Shown: positions 1 to 9,203 of the stretch, one piece after another
Numbering within the stretch: the first letter of the stretch is position 1
Layout of the letters: the number at the start of each line of letters is the position of its first letter
Origin: a virus
UHGV virus genome: UHGV-0109393
DNA: 63,844 nt
Reading direction: 5' to 3' (one strand)
Made by a program: the position numbers and the translations under genes
Notes under the pieces: model-generated
Databases searched by the model: none
What the model was told of the DNA's origin: nothing
The model's input: the letters and a program-made list of their open reading frames with translations, nothing else

Positions 1-66
1 CCGCGACGAAATTGAAAACAGCCATAAACATTAATGGCGTCAGGTTCGATGGTTCGGCTGACATTA
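1..66. repeat. Left copy of the invertible-segment inverted repeat (partial; continues left of the window)
   Basis: Positions 1..52 are the exact reverse complement of 4591..4642; the match degrades over the next ~15 bp. Confidence 0.85.
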
Positions 67-2111
67 CGTTGACTCCTAAAGATCTGGACGTTTACAGCAA
101 AAGCGAAATAGACAATAAAAAAGGGATGAGAAAATACACTTTTTCAGCGCCTGCAAATGCAGTAAGCGGTAAGTGGTATCCTATAGTATTTCGCCGATCT
201 AGAGGCGGTACCGATGAATTAGCCTCACGAGTTGTGATAACTACTTATTCCTCAGCTGGCGGATACGCCATGAATAATTGTGAATTTAATGGTTTTGTTA
301 TGCCTGGCGGTTGGTCTGATCGCGGTTCATATGCGGCTGGTTTTTTCTCAATATATTCTACTGCTGAGCGAGCTATACACTCGATTATTTCAAGTGTGAA
401 AGATGACGATTTGTGTAGTGTGTTTTACGTTGAAGCCAGAGCATTTCCTATCAAGATATTTGCTGAGGAGGGCTTGAACGTAATTGTTCCAACTACTGAC
501 TATACCGTTGGTCAAGCCACCTATAAGTGGGGGGCCACAGATCCAGTAGCAGAAAGTACAAATACTCAAACCATTCTGGATTTTAAAAATGGACGTGGTT
601 ATTACTGCTCACATCAGTTTGTTTCAAGCCTTTCAGGAAATGCAGCAACAGCAACGAAATTAGCAAGTTCAATAAACATAGGTGGTGTATCCTTTGATGG
701 TTCAGCCGATATAGATTTGCCTGGTGTTAATGCGACTGGTAATCAGAACACCACGGGGAATGCGGCGTCTGCCACGAAATTACAAACGGCAAGAACCATT
801 GGTGGCGTTTCATTTGATGGCTCCGCCAATATCAACCTGCCGGGCGTGAATATTGCTGGTAGCCAGAACACGACTGGTAATGCTGCAACCGCAACGAAAC
901 TTCAGACGGCCCGCACAATAGGCGGCGTGTCATTCGATGGTAGTGCCAATATCGACCTGCCAGGTGTGAATAAAACAGGTAATCAGAGCACAACCGGTAA
1001 TGCTGCAACTGCAACAAAACTGCAAACAGCACGCACAATAGGCGGCGTGTCATTCGATGGCTCCGCCAATATCAACCTGCCGGGTGTAAACATTGCTGGT
1101 AACCAGAACACAACCGGTAATGCAGCGACAGCGACCAAGTTACAAACCGCTAGAACTATAAATGGGGTGTCGTTTGACGGTTCTAAAAACATTGAGCTAA
1201 CTCCAAGGTCTATAGGCACGATCAACTCAGCAACAATGTCTTTTAGTGGTGGTGCCGGATGGTTCAAGCTGGCAACTGTAACCATGCCACAGGCCAGTTC
1301 CGTGGTTTACATAAGCCTGATTGGTGGTGCAGGGTATAACGTTGGCTCCCCGCAGCAAGCAGGCATCTCTGAGCTGGTTCTGCGTGCCGGAAATGGAAAT
1401 CCAAAGGGTATTACTGGTGCATTATGGCGACGGACCTCGGTTGGATTTACTAATTTTGCATGGGTGAATACATCCGGTGATACCTATGACATTTATGTAG
1501 AAATAGGTAATTACGCCACAGGTGTTAATATCCAGTGGGATTATACAAAGGATGCAACTGTACAAATTCATACATCACCAACTTATACAGCGAATAAACC
1601 AACAGGCCTGACAGATGGAACTGTATATGTAATTTACAGTTCGCACATAAAACCGACTGCTGCTGATGTTGGGGCGTTGTCATTATCTGGTGGTCAATTG
1701 AATGGTGCACTGGGTATCGGAACATCCAGTGCTCTTGGCGGTAACTCGATTGTTTTGGGTGATAATGACACGGGCTTTAAACAAAATGGCGACGGTAATC
1801 TGGACGTTTATGCTAATAACGTCCATGTTATGCGCTTTGTCTCCGGCAGCATTCAAAGTAATAAAACCATAAATATTACAGGGCGTGTTAACCCCTCGGA
1901 TTACGGTAACTTTGATTCCCGTTATGTGAAAGATGTTCGCCTGGGTACGCGTGTTGTTCAATTGATGGCGCGTGGTGGTCGTTATGAAAAAGCCGGACAC
2001 GCAATTACCGGATTAAGAATCATTGGTGAAGTAGATGGCGATGATGAAGCCATCTTCAGACCAATACAAAAATACATCAATGGCACATGGTATAACGTCG
2101 CACAGGTGTAA
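1..2111 (+). CDS. S: Tail fibre protein S, 5'-truncated by window edge (reading frame continues upstream of position 3); C-terminal variable part in expressed orientation
   Basis: Long Gly/Asn/Thr-rich ORF with about five 40-aa tandem repeats (GNAATATKLQTARTIGGVSFDGSANI-LPGVN); followed by a tail-fibre assembly gene; sits in a Cin-invertible segment. ORF track start at 12 is TTG and not the true start. Confidence 0.8.
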   Translation, partial: ATKLKTAININGVRFDGSADITLTPKDLDVYSKSEIDNKKGMRKYTFSAPANAVSGKWYPIVFRRSRGGTDELASRVVITTYSSAGGYAMNNCEFNGFVMPGGWSDRGSYAAGFFSIYSTAERAIHSIISSVKDDDLCSVFYVEARAFPIKIFAEEGLNVIVPTTDYTVGQATYKWGATDPVAESTNTQTILDFKNGRGYYCSHQFVSSLSGNAATATKLASSINIGGVSFDGSADIDLPGVNATGNQNTTGNAASATKLQTARTIGGVSFDGSANINLPGVNIAGSQNTTGNAATATKLQTARTIGGVSFDGSANIDLPGVNKTGNQSTTGNAATATKLQTARTIGGVSFDGSANINLPGVNIAGNQNTTGNAATATKLQTARTINGVSFDGSKNIELTPRSIGTINSATMSFSGGAGWFKLATVTMPQASSVVYISLIGGAGYNVGSPQQAGISELVLRAGNGNPKGITGALWRRTSVGFTNFAWVNTSGDTYDIYVEIGNYATGVNIQWDYTKDATVQIHTSPTYTANKPTGLTDGTVYVIYSSHIKPTAADVGALSLSGGQLNGALGIGTSSALGGNSIVLGDNDTGFKQNGDGNLDVYANNVHVMRFVSGSIQSNKTINITGRVNPSDYGNFDSRYVKDVRLGTRVVQLMARGGRYEKAGHAITGLRIIGEVDGDDEAIFRPIQKYINGTWYNVAQV
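640..1200 (+). repeat. About 4.5 tandem copies of a ~120-bp (40-codon) unit inside the S gene
   Basis: Direct reading: near-identical units ...accggtaatgctgcaac-gcaacgaaactgcaaacggcacgcacaataggcggcgtgtcattcgatgg... repeated in frame. Confidence 0.8.
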
Positions 2112-2114
2112 ATT

Positions 2115-2642
2115 ATGCAGCATTTAAAAAATATTAAGTCAGGAAATCCTAAAACGAAAGAACAATATCAGCTAACAAAGAATTTTGATGTTATCTGGTT
2201 ATGGTCCGAAAACGGTAAAAACTGGTATGAGGAAGTAAATAACTTTCAGGACGACACCATAAAGATTGTATACGACGAAAATAATATTATTGTTGCCATC
2301 ACCAAAGATGCCTCAACGCTTAACCCTGAAGGTTTTAGCGTCGTTGAGGTTCCCGATATTACAGCCAACCGCCGCGCTGATGATTCAGGAAAGTGGATGT
2401 TTAAGGATGGAGCTGTAGTTAAACGGATTTATACGGCAGACGAGCAGCAACAACAGGCCGAATCACAAAAGGCCGCGTTACTTTCCGAAGCGGAAAGCGT
2501 TATTCAGCCACTGGAGCGCGCTGTCAGGCTGAATATGGCGACGGATGAAGAGCGTAGCCGACTGGAAGCATGGGAACGCTACAGTGTACTGGTCAGCCGT
2601 GTGGATACGGCAAATCCTGAATGGCCACAAAAGCCTGAATAA
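2115..2642 (+). CDS. U: Tail fibre assembly protein (U/Tfa)
   Basis: 175 aa directly after S; N-terminus [14 protein letters not shown]... is paralogous to the convergent ORF at 2671..3204, the arrangement expected for U/U' in Mu and P1 invertible segments. Confidence 0.8.
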   Translation: MQHLKNIKSGNPKTKEQYQLTKNFDVIWLWSENGKNWYEEVNNFQDDTIKIVYDENNIIVAITKDASTLNPEGFSVVEVPDITANRRADDSGKWMFKDGAVVKRIYTADEQQQQAESQKAALLSEAESVIQPLERAVRLNMATDEERSRLEAWERYSVLVSRVDTANPEWPQKPE

Positions 2643-2647
2643 AAATT

Positions 2648-2667
2648 AAGGCCCGCTATCGGGCCTT
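2648..2667. terminator. Bidirectional hairpin terminator between convergent U and U'
   Basis: aaGGCCCgctatcGGGCCtt, flanked by A and T runs. Confidence 0.6.
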
Positions 2668-2670
2668 GTC

Positions 2671-3204
2671 TCATTCAGGTTGTTCGGGAAATGTTACTGG
2701 CAGGCTGGAGGTGTCTGTAGATTCGACTTTCTGCGCATAGAGCATCCACTCAGTTAATTTTTGTTTATTCTCGTCTGAAATGATACCCAGCCGTAGCTGT
2801 GAGTCCCATAGCTGGGTTTTATCCCTGACAAGTTGCAACAGGCTTTGTTTTTCATTCTCTGCCTGCTGCCTCTGTTCTTCCTCGGTATAAGTTCGCTTTA
2901 TCACTACGCCATCTTTGAACATCCATTTACCCGAAATGTCAGCACGGCGATTTGCAGTAATGTCAGCAACCTCAACAACGCTTAAACCTTCTGGATTTAT
3001 TGTAGATACGTCTTTATCTATAGCCACAATAATTCCATCTGATGTGTAAGCAATTTTTATAGTGTCATCCTGAAAGTTCTTTTGTTCCTCATACCAGTTT
3101 TTATCGTCCTCAGAATACAACCAGACAACACCGAATTGTCGCGTCAATTCATATTGTTCAACAGTTTTTGGATTTCCGGATCTGATGTTTTTCAAATGCT
3201 GCAT
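2671..3204 (-). CDS. Alternative tail fibre assembly protein U'
   Basis: 177 aa; N-terminus [21 protein letters not shown]... is a paralogue of U; opposite strand inside the invertible segment. Confidence 0.75.
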   Translation of the reverse strand: MQHLKNIRSGNPKTVEQYELTRQFGVVWLYSEDDKNWYEEQKNFQDDTIKIAYTSDGIIVAIDKDVSTINPEGLSVVEVADITANRRADISGKWMFKDGVVIKRTYTEEEQRQQAENEKQSLLQLVRDKTQLWDSQLRLGIISDENKQKLTEWMLYAQKVESTDTSSLPVTFPEQPE

Positions 3205-3206
3205 AA

Positions 3207-4721
3207 TTAAATACTTCCCGCGTTATACCAAGTGCCATTGATACAATACTGCACAGGTCTTGCCTGAGTTGTATCAATAAGTTCGTCCTTATTTGAGTTG
3301 ATTGAGGCAGTAACAACATAACCAGATTTATCGTTCCAACCAGGACCATTCCATGTTTGCACTGACGATTTTGTACCTAATCGAATACCTGTAATAAATC
3401 GTGAATTACATTCTGCTTTGGTATATGCACCAACATCTCCCGCTGATGGCTTACGTGTTGTAGTGTAAAATTCCGACCAGTCGGCTTCAAAGCCATAACC
3501 GTCACGCGCAGAACGATAATAAATACCGCCGTTCTTATAATTCACGCGGAACTGAACAGCCGGACAACTACCAGCTCCCATATAAAAATGAAGAATTAAC
3601 GTAGATGCTCCACCAATATTTGCGTTATAAACCCCGCTAATTGAGTTCCATCCAACAGCTTTGTCATTTCCAACTGTGCTTCCTGTCTGCCCTAAAGCAA
3701 ATGCAGGTTGCTGGTTTTTTGTGCTGTAGTCGCGCCGCCAGCCTGGGGCGTAATCTGCGCCATGGTTTATATAAGTAAATTGCGCATTAGTGGTGCCACC
3801 ACCGGTGGAAGTGCTCGGGGTGGTTACACGGATGGTCATGGCACCTTTATTACCCATAACCTCAATAACGCAACCTGCAAGATGAATAGTTCCACAGCCA
3901 GTATCGGTAATAATTTTATTATTGCCGTATGACCATGAACATTTGCACATCCAGTATGGGTGATTGAATGCCCCTTGAGAATCCAGCCATTCAATCAATT
4001 GTGCCGTTGTCCAGTTCCCTGCCCCTGTACTAATAGCACTGTGAAAAGCGCGACATGCACCAATATTTTTTGTGAAGGTATCTTTTCCTGGAATATCTGC
4101 GCCGTTCTGGTTTTTCTGCAATGATCCAGCGGCTAGTTCTACGGTTTGCTCAAGATTTAAATTTTCAGCCGTTAGCTCAATATTTTTAGAACCATCAAAC
4201 GAAACACCGTTAATAGTGCGCGCCGTCTGCAATCTGGTCGCCGTAGCAGCATTGCCGGAGGTATCCTGATCCCCTTTGGCATTGACGCCGGGAATTGAAT
4301 CTTTTGACGTATAGACCTGCGCCCATTCAGACCAGTTGGCAGAATCAGTATCCCGCCGCGAACGGATATGTACGGGCGCATGGGCACCGCTCGTGCCACT
4401 CCAGCCAATGAATAACTCACCTTCGCCAGCAGCGGTGGCACCTTTGAGGTGAAGCACATTGCCATAGGGGGAAGGGTAGCCATTGTTGTATGCCTCATAC
4501 AGCTGAATCCCGGACGTTCCCTGTGCATTCGCCCCCAGGGCCGTTACGCGACCGCGCGATACCAGAGTATTGATATTAATGTCACCAGAACCATCGAACC
4601 TGACGCCATTAATGTTTATGGCTGTTTTCAATTTCGTCGCGGTGTCGGCGTTCCCCGCCAGCGCCCCGGTGATCCCGCCATTGAAAGTCTGGCGCGCACT
4701 CCATGTGTTAGCCGTACTCAA
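3207..4721 (-). CDS. Alternative tail fibre variable cassette (S'v), not joined to the constant part in this orientation
   Basis: 504-aa ORF whose N-terminal region ([18 protein letters not shown]) is encoded by the right inverted repeat and matches the S region at the window start; carries the same [29 protein letters not shown] motif as S. Confidence 0.7.
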   Translation of the reverse strand: MSTANTWSARQTFNGGITGALAGNADTATKLKTAININGVRFDGSGDININTLVSRGRVTALGANAQGTSGIQLYEAYNNGYPSPYGNVLHLKGATAAGEGELFIGWSGTSGAHAPVHIRSRRDTDSANWSEWAQVYTSKDSIPGVNAKGDQDTSGNAATATRLQTARTINGVSFDGSKNIELTAENLNLEQTVELAAGSLQKNQNGADIPGKDTFTKNIGACRAFHSAISTGAGNWTTAQLIEWLDSQGAFNHPYWMCKCSWSYGNNKIITDTGCGTIHLAGCVIEVMGNKGAMTIRVTTPSTSTGGGTTNAQFTYINHGADYAPGWRRDYSTKNQQPAFALGQTGSTVGNDKAVGWNSISGVYNANIGGASTLILHFYMGAGSCPAVQFRVNYKNGGIYYRSARDGYGFEADWSEFYTTTRKPSAGDVGAYTKAECNSRFITGIRLGTKSSVQTWNGPGWNDKSGYVVTASINSNKDELIDTTQARPVQYCINGTWYNAGSI

Positions 4722-4751
4722 CAGGGGGATCTTTTCACCGCTGGTACCGAG
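4577..4751. repeat. Right copy of the invertible-segment inverted repeat
   Basis: 4591..4642 is the exact reverse complement of 1..52; the repeat probably extends to the cix-like site at ~4752. Confidence 0.8.
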
Positions 4752-4779
4752 TTCTCTTAAACCAAGGTTTAGGATTGAA
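4752..4779. promoter_or_regulatory. cix/gix/hix-like recombination site for the Cin-type invertase
   Basis: TTCTCTTAAACCAAGGTTTAGGATTGAA, with the AAACCAAGGTTT core typical of Hin/Gin/Cin crossover sites as recalled; lies between S'v and cin. Confidence 0.55.
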
Positions 4780-5329
4780 ATGATGACGCCGGAAACTTCT
4801 TATAAAGCGTGGAAACAGCCACATCATAGATGATTGCAACCTGCTTACGGGGGATGCCCTTCTCGAGCAATCGCCGCATTTGCTGCCATGTTTCTTCTTG
4901 GTATTTAGGCCGACGCCCACCTATACGACCTTCTGCGCGAGCTGCATCAAGTCCAGCGCGTGTACGTTCAACGATAAGCTCACGTTCCATTTCTGCCAGC
5001 GCCCCCATTACGTGAAAGAAAAAGCGCCCCATTGGTGTACTGGTGTCGATGGAGTCAGTGAGACTCCGGAAGTTAATGCCTCTGTCACGCAGCTCTTCCA
5101 CCAGCACAACTAAGTGACGCATGCTGCGCCCAAGACGATCTAACTTCCATACGACTAGGGTGTCACCTCTGGAAAGCATACGGAGAACCTTTTTTAACCC
5201 TGGGCGTTCAGCCTTTTTGCCGCTCGCCTTATCCTCAAAAATTAGCTCACATCCTGCGCTTTCAAGGGCGTTTCGTTGTAAAGCGGTGTTTTGGTCATTA
5301 GTTGATACGCGAATGTATCCAATAAGCAT
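4769..5329 (-). CDS. cin: Serine DNA invertase (Cin/Gin/Pin/Hin family)
   Basis: 186 aa; MLIGYIRVSTNDQ... catalytic serine motif, GRxGGRRP hinge, C-terminal HTH; next to the invertible tail-fibre segment. Confidence 0.92.
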   Translation of the reverse strand: MLIGYIRVSTNDQNTALQRNALESAGCELIFEDKASGKKAERPGLKKVLRMLSRGDTLVVWKLDRLGRSMRHLVVLVEELRDRGINFRSLTDSIDTSTPMGRFFFHVMGALAEMERELIVERTRAGLDAARAEGRIGGRRPKYQEETWQQMRRLLEKGIPRKQVAIIYDVAVSTLYKKFPASSFQS

Positions 5330-5434
5330 ATGTCCCCCCTTGTATGTTAAGGGGGGAGATTTTAGAAGATGTCCTGTAAGGAAATAACAAACTGACTAAG
5401 TTAGTGGCGCATTAGATGTTATTTCTGGAGGGGT

Positions 5435-5761
5435 ATGTTTGCAGATTATGAAAATCTGGCTGTAGTAGTCATAACATCCCTACTAAGTGGAACCGGCGTA
5501 TTCCTTCTCGGAGTTAGAGACGGGCGCATTTCTGCGTCCCTGCTCAATCTTGCGAGTGAATTGTTTACTGCGGTAACAGCCGGGCTTGCGGGGTATGGGG
5601 TGGCGGTTAGCCAAGAATGGCCTGAAGGTATCATTTTCTGCGTTGTTCTGATTGCCAGTAACAACGGTAGTGAAATTTTACAGGGCTTGAAGTCCAGAGC
5701 TAGTAACGTCTTGAATCTCTTAAGCGTAATAGCGAATGGGGGAAAAGGTGGAGAGAAATAA
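5435..5761 (+). CDS. Putative holin (LydA-like) small membrane protein
   Basis: 108 aa with 2-3 hydrophobic segments; ATG preceded by GGAGGGG; first gene of the operon next to cin, as lydA is in P1 (synteny recalled). Confidence 0.4.
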   Translation: MFADYENLAVVVITSLLSGTGVFLLGVRDGRISASLLNLASELFTAVTAGLAGYGVAVSQEWPEGIIFCVVLIASNNGSEILQGLKSRASNVLNLLSVIANGGKGGEK

Positions 5762-6207
5762 TGGGTAACTTTGGAAATTATTTCATTTTTATCATGGCAT
5801 TTGTTGCCATCATTGACCGTTTCATTTTTCGTCGCAAGAGTGTTGAGATTTTGAGTATTGGTGACGCTGTAGTGAAAGAATCCGCTATAGCATTTCCTGT
5901 TTCGCTACGTGTTAAACGAAGCTGGGTCAGCAATGCTCAAATCGAATATTGGTTGCAAGACCTGAAAAATCCATCTGTGGTTATTTCAGGGAAAACGCGA
6001 CCAGTTGACGCCTCAAAACGCGGTGAGAGAGAAGAGTATTTGCTCATCGATACGAAATATCTTGAGCCAACGAAGTGGGATCTGAAAGTCACATTGACTA
6101 ACGGTAACTGTCGACTGAATCCGCTTTATCGCATTTTCCCTATCAATGACTGCATAGAGCGCCAGTTTACGATCGAAAAGCGTGAAGGAGACTGGGATGT
6201 CAAATAA
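5761..6207 (+). CDS. Hypothetical protein, possible antiholin (LydB-like)
   Basis: 148 aa, N-terminal hydrophobic segment; position and size only. Confidence 0.3.
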   Translation: MGNFGNYFIFIMAFVAIIDRFIFRRKSVEILSIGDAVVKESAIAFPVSLRVKRSWVSNAQIEYWLQDLKNPSVVISGKTRPVDASKRGEREEYLLIDTKYLEPTKWDLKVTLTNGNCRLNPLYRIFPINDCIERQFTIEKREGDWDVK

Positions 6208-6817
6208 GAATAATTATGTTCTTCTTAATTATGATGAGTTAAACGAAAAGGGGCTGGCAAAACTCGTCAAAGAAATCAGCAAAGGTGGTTACAAGATAGC
6301 GAGGGTGATCCCTGCAAGTAATGGCAGGAAGAAAGATGGGATCATGACGCGCACGTTTACCCTTATTGGTATTGATGAACAGACAATGGAAGTTCAGGTT
6401 AATGATACCGGTGATATATCTGGGATCAAACTGAATGGTAAAACAGTACCGTTCAAGCCAGTAAAAACAATGTCGGCTTTGGGGCAATCTCTTGCGGCTT
6501 TATTTAATCGCGGAGCAACTTCTTTCCAGAAGTCATTAGCTCGAAAACTTGCTCGTGCAGCAAAAAATATTGATGACGGAAATAAGAAGCGGCAGGGAGT
6601 TAAATCTAACGCTCAGAAATTAGCTGAAGCGAAAGAATCACGTGATGCACTCCGTGAAGATATCGCTAATGCTAACGACAAACTGTCTAAACTCCAGAGC
6701 AAGTCAGACAAAGTAATGCAAGATACGGGTAACGTTAAAGCTGCCTTGTCTCAGGAAGTAGCTAAGACACGTGCTCTTAAAGAAGAAATCGCGCGCCTGG
6801 AGGATGAGCATGATTAA
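6182..6817 (+). CDS. Coiled-coil protein (position matches hdf of the P1 darA operon)
   Basis: 211 aa, Lys/Ala-rich coiled-coil C-terminus; true start may be the ATG at 6197; synteny only. Confidence 0.35.
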   Translation: MKETGMSNKNNYVLLNYDELNEKGLAKLVKEISKGGYKIARVIPASNGRKKDGIMTRTFTLIGIDEQTMEVQVNDTGDISGIKLNGKTVPFKPVKTMSALGQSLAALFNRGATSFQKSLARKLARAAKNIDDGNKKRQGVKSNAQKLAEAKESRDALREDIANANDKLSKLQSKSDKVMQDTGNVKAALSQEVAKTRALKEEIARLEDEHD

Positions 6818-8747
6818 CAATCCTTTACGAATTAATATTCAGTCTACTTTTGCTGATACGATCCCCGGCTATGTGCCAAGTCGCTGGTCTTCAGAAGAAT
6901 TAAGCGAAGATGACCTGATTTTTGAGGCGGCGACCTTAGAAGATATTGAGCTTGCCTATATGGGCAATGAAATTCTGGTTGTGTCTGACGAAGCTATGTT
7001 TGAGTCCATAACTACAACCAGAATTCGGTTAGCTCAAACAATGCGAGCTTTCGTCCGTGCGCTGAATCGTGGCCTGAATGGTACGAATATTATGGCAGGG
7101 ACTGATGAAGCTGGGACCGATGAAAATGGACGTAATTGTATTGGTGGTGCGATTATCGGTCGTGTACGTCGGGTAGCTAATATCCCTGTTTTGACCGCGC
7201 AGATACCGCTTACTGACGGGCAGAGTACAAGCATAATTTTCCACTCTCCAACAGCTGACGGGGCAAAAATAAAGAGTAACGACGAGCTTGTTGCATTTCA
7301 GTTTTTACTTAATAAGCGTAACGTAACTCACGTTGTCGCCCCGATTGGTGGGAGAGATGTTTCTTTAAGCCAGGTATGCCAGGCGCTATCTAATTTGATT
7401 GAGCGTAACAGCGAAAAATTTAAGAAAGCAAAAGAGCGCCAGGACAAAATGAAGGCAGATATTGAGAGTTATCTCAATGAAGCAGATAAACTGGCAGAAG
7501 AACGGTCAATAATGATTGATCAGGTGGAAGTTGCGCAACGTGGGCTGACTGAAAAGCGTGCTGCTCTTACGGAGATGCAAAAAAAACTTGATGCCCAGAA
7601 AGCCATCAACGAGGAATTACAAGCAAAACGCGATAAATTGTTGTCTGCTAAAGGTGAAAAAACGAAAGAACGAGCGTTTAGCGACCAGCTGCGACATGTA
7701 AAACATAATCTTGCCATTGACGGAAAAACAGTGCTGGATAATGGCGCTGAAGTTAATTATGTCACGTCCGGCAGTGACAATTTCGTTACGATAGTAGCAC
7801 CTGAAGGTAAATTCAGTATTGATGCCAGTGCTGTCAAAGGAGGCAGTTTGGCAGATGCTGCAACCAAATTACTTAAAGCCTACCGAGAGCATAACGCAGA
7901 TAAATATAAAGTTGATGTGTTACCAGGCCAGCAGGAAGACCCCGAACCACCACAGACAGACCCCGAGACGAACCCAGTATCACAACCAGAGAGCCAGGAT
8001 GTAGGTAAATACCACTATGCACTTCAATCTCGCCCGGCTGGTGTTGGTGCTGTGCCGGATGGAAATAAAGCCGTGCTTGATCGTCCTGACCAGGCTGATC
8101 AGTATTACGAATATGCTCGTCACGGTATCATTACGTATGACCGTAAACTGACAGATGAAGAAGTCAGCCAGTACGAGTTGCTCTATCTTCCTGATGAAGA
8201 TGAGCTGAAAGATTTTGCAGGCCAATTGGTTGTGTCCAGCATGTCGAAACATATTGATGGCTATGTAGACCTGTTTGGCAGTGACCTGAAAACATTCAAG
8301 GCGCAAGTGAAAATTCTTTTCCGCAAAGCGTTTCCAAACGTGGCGTATCCACTTGGTGATGGGGAGAACCTTTTCATTATGGACGTATATAACGCCCTTC
8401 AAAATCATTCAAACGAAGTAACGCCAGAGCCTGAATTAGCACCTGTAGTTGAGCCAGAATCACACCCACAAACAGCACCAGAGCAACAGCCAACGCCGGA
8501 AGACGCTGAAGAAGCGGCAACTGAAGCTGATCAGGAAGCAGATAAAGCGTTGGAGTACCTTAAATCCGTCCCGGTGCAGTTTACATCTCGCGATCTGACG
8601 GTAATCAGTGCCGAACTTGACCATGTGCAGGAAGCTGCAAACGCTCTTATCAGTGCTGGTCGATACGACGAGAACGAATCAACGGTTGGCGCAGCAGTTG
8701 ACTACCTGATCAACATTCTGGCTGAAATTCAGCAGGGAGGTGCTTAA
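6804..8747 (+). CDS. Large acidic virion-associated protein, DarA-like by position
   Basis: About 647 aa from the ATG at 6804, which lies just before the upstream stop (translational coupling); DarA call rests on synteny and size. Confidence 0.35.
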   Translation: MSMINNPLRINIQSTFADTIPGYVPSRWSSEELSEDDLIFEAATLEDIELAYMGNEILVVSDEAMFESITTTRIRLAQTMRAFVRALNRGLNGTNIMAGTDEAGTDENGRNCIGGAIIGRVRRVANIPVLTAQIPLTDGQSTSIIFHSPTADGAKIKSNDELVAFQFLLNKRNVTHVVAPIGGRDVSLSQVCQALSNLIERNSEKFKKAKERQDKMKADIESYLNEADKLAEERSIMIDQVEVAQRGLTEKRAALTEMQKKLDAQKAINEELQAKRDKLLSAKGEKTKERAFSDQLRHVKHNLAIDGKTVLDNGAEVNYVTSGSDNFVTIVAPEGKFSIDASAVKGGSLADAATKLLKAYREHNADKYKVDVLPGQQEDPEPPQTDPETNPVSQPESQDVGKYHYALQSRPAGVGAVPDGNKAVLDRPDQADQYYEYARHGIITYDRKLTDEEVSQYELLYLPDEDELKDFAGQLVVSSMSKHIDGYVDLFGSDLKTFKAQVKILFRKAFPNVAYPLGDGENLFIMDVYNALQNHSNEVTPEPELAPVVEPESHPQTAPEQQPTPEDAEEAATEADQEADKALEYLKSVPVQFTSRDLTVISAELDHVQEAANALISAGRYDENESTVGAAVDYLINILAEIQQGGA

Positions 8748-9121
8748 TGACTATCTCTGTTTTAGACCGTCTGAAATTGGGTAAAGAGCTATCAGATTTA
8801 ATGCAGGCGCAGAAAACCGCGCCAGTATTACAACGCGTCGCCATTGGTAAGCAGATTGTTGATCTGATGCTTAAACTGGGGTTGGGTACTGCCGCTCAAC
8901 CGATGTCGGAACCGCAACCACAACCACAGTCTGATCCTGTTGCAGATGAAGTTCCTAAGATAGTGACTGACTTCCTGGGCGGCGTGTTCACAAAGTCCAC
9001 ACAAATGGAATTTATTGATGCGCTGCGTGGGATCTCAAACTATGTTGGCGAGTTCCTTACGTTGGAGCAGGCTAAAGAACAGACCATAAGCTGGGTGAAA
9101 GCCAACGGTTATGCCGGGTAA
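8747..9121 (+). CDS. Hypothetical protein (DdrA-like by position)
   Basis: 124 aa, start overlaps the upstream stop. Confidence 0.3.
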   Translation: MTISVLDRLKLGKELSDLMQAQKTAPVLQRVAIGKQIVDLMLKLGLGTAAQPMSEPQPQPQSDPVADEVPKIVTDFLGGVFTKSTQMEFIDALRGISNYVGEFLTLEQAKEQTISWVKANGYAG

Positions 9122-9203
9122 TCAAAAGGGGGCGAAATGCCCCTTTCACTTCTCTGTTCTCACATAAATCACACTCTTTTTACACTCACAGCTTTCTCTA
9201 TAG

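Noticed and set aside
832-1285. Minus-strand ORFs inside the S gene (832..1053, 983..1285)
   Set aside because: Antisense to the tandem-repeat region of the tail-fibre gene; repeat-generated open frames.
4769-5329. Cin as the integrase responsible for the host junction
   Set aside because: It is a small serine invertase with a cognate invertible segment and hix-like site; the function is inversion, not integration.
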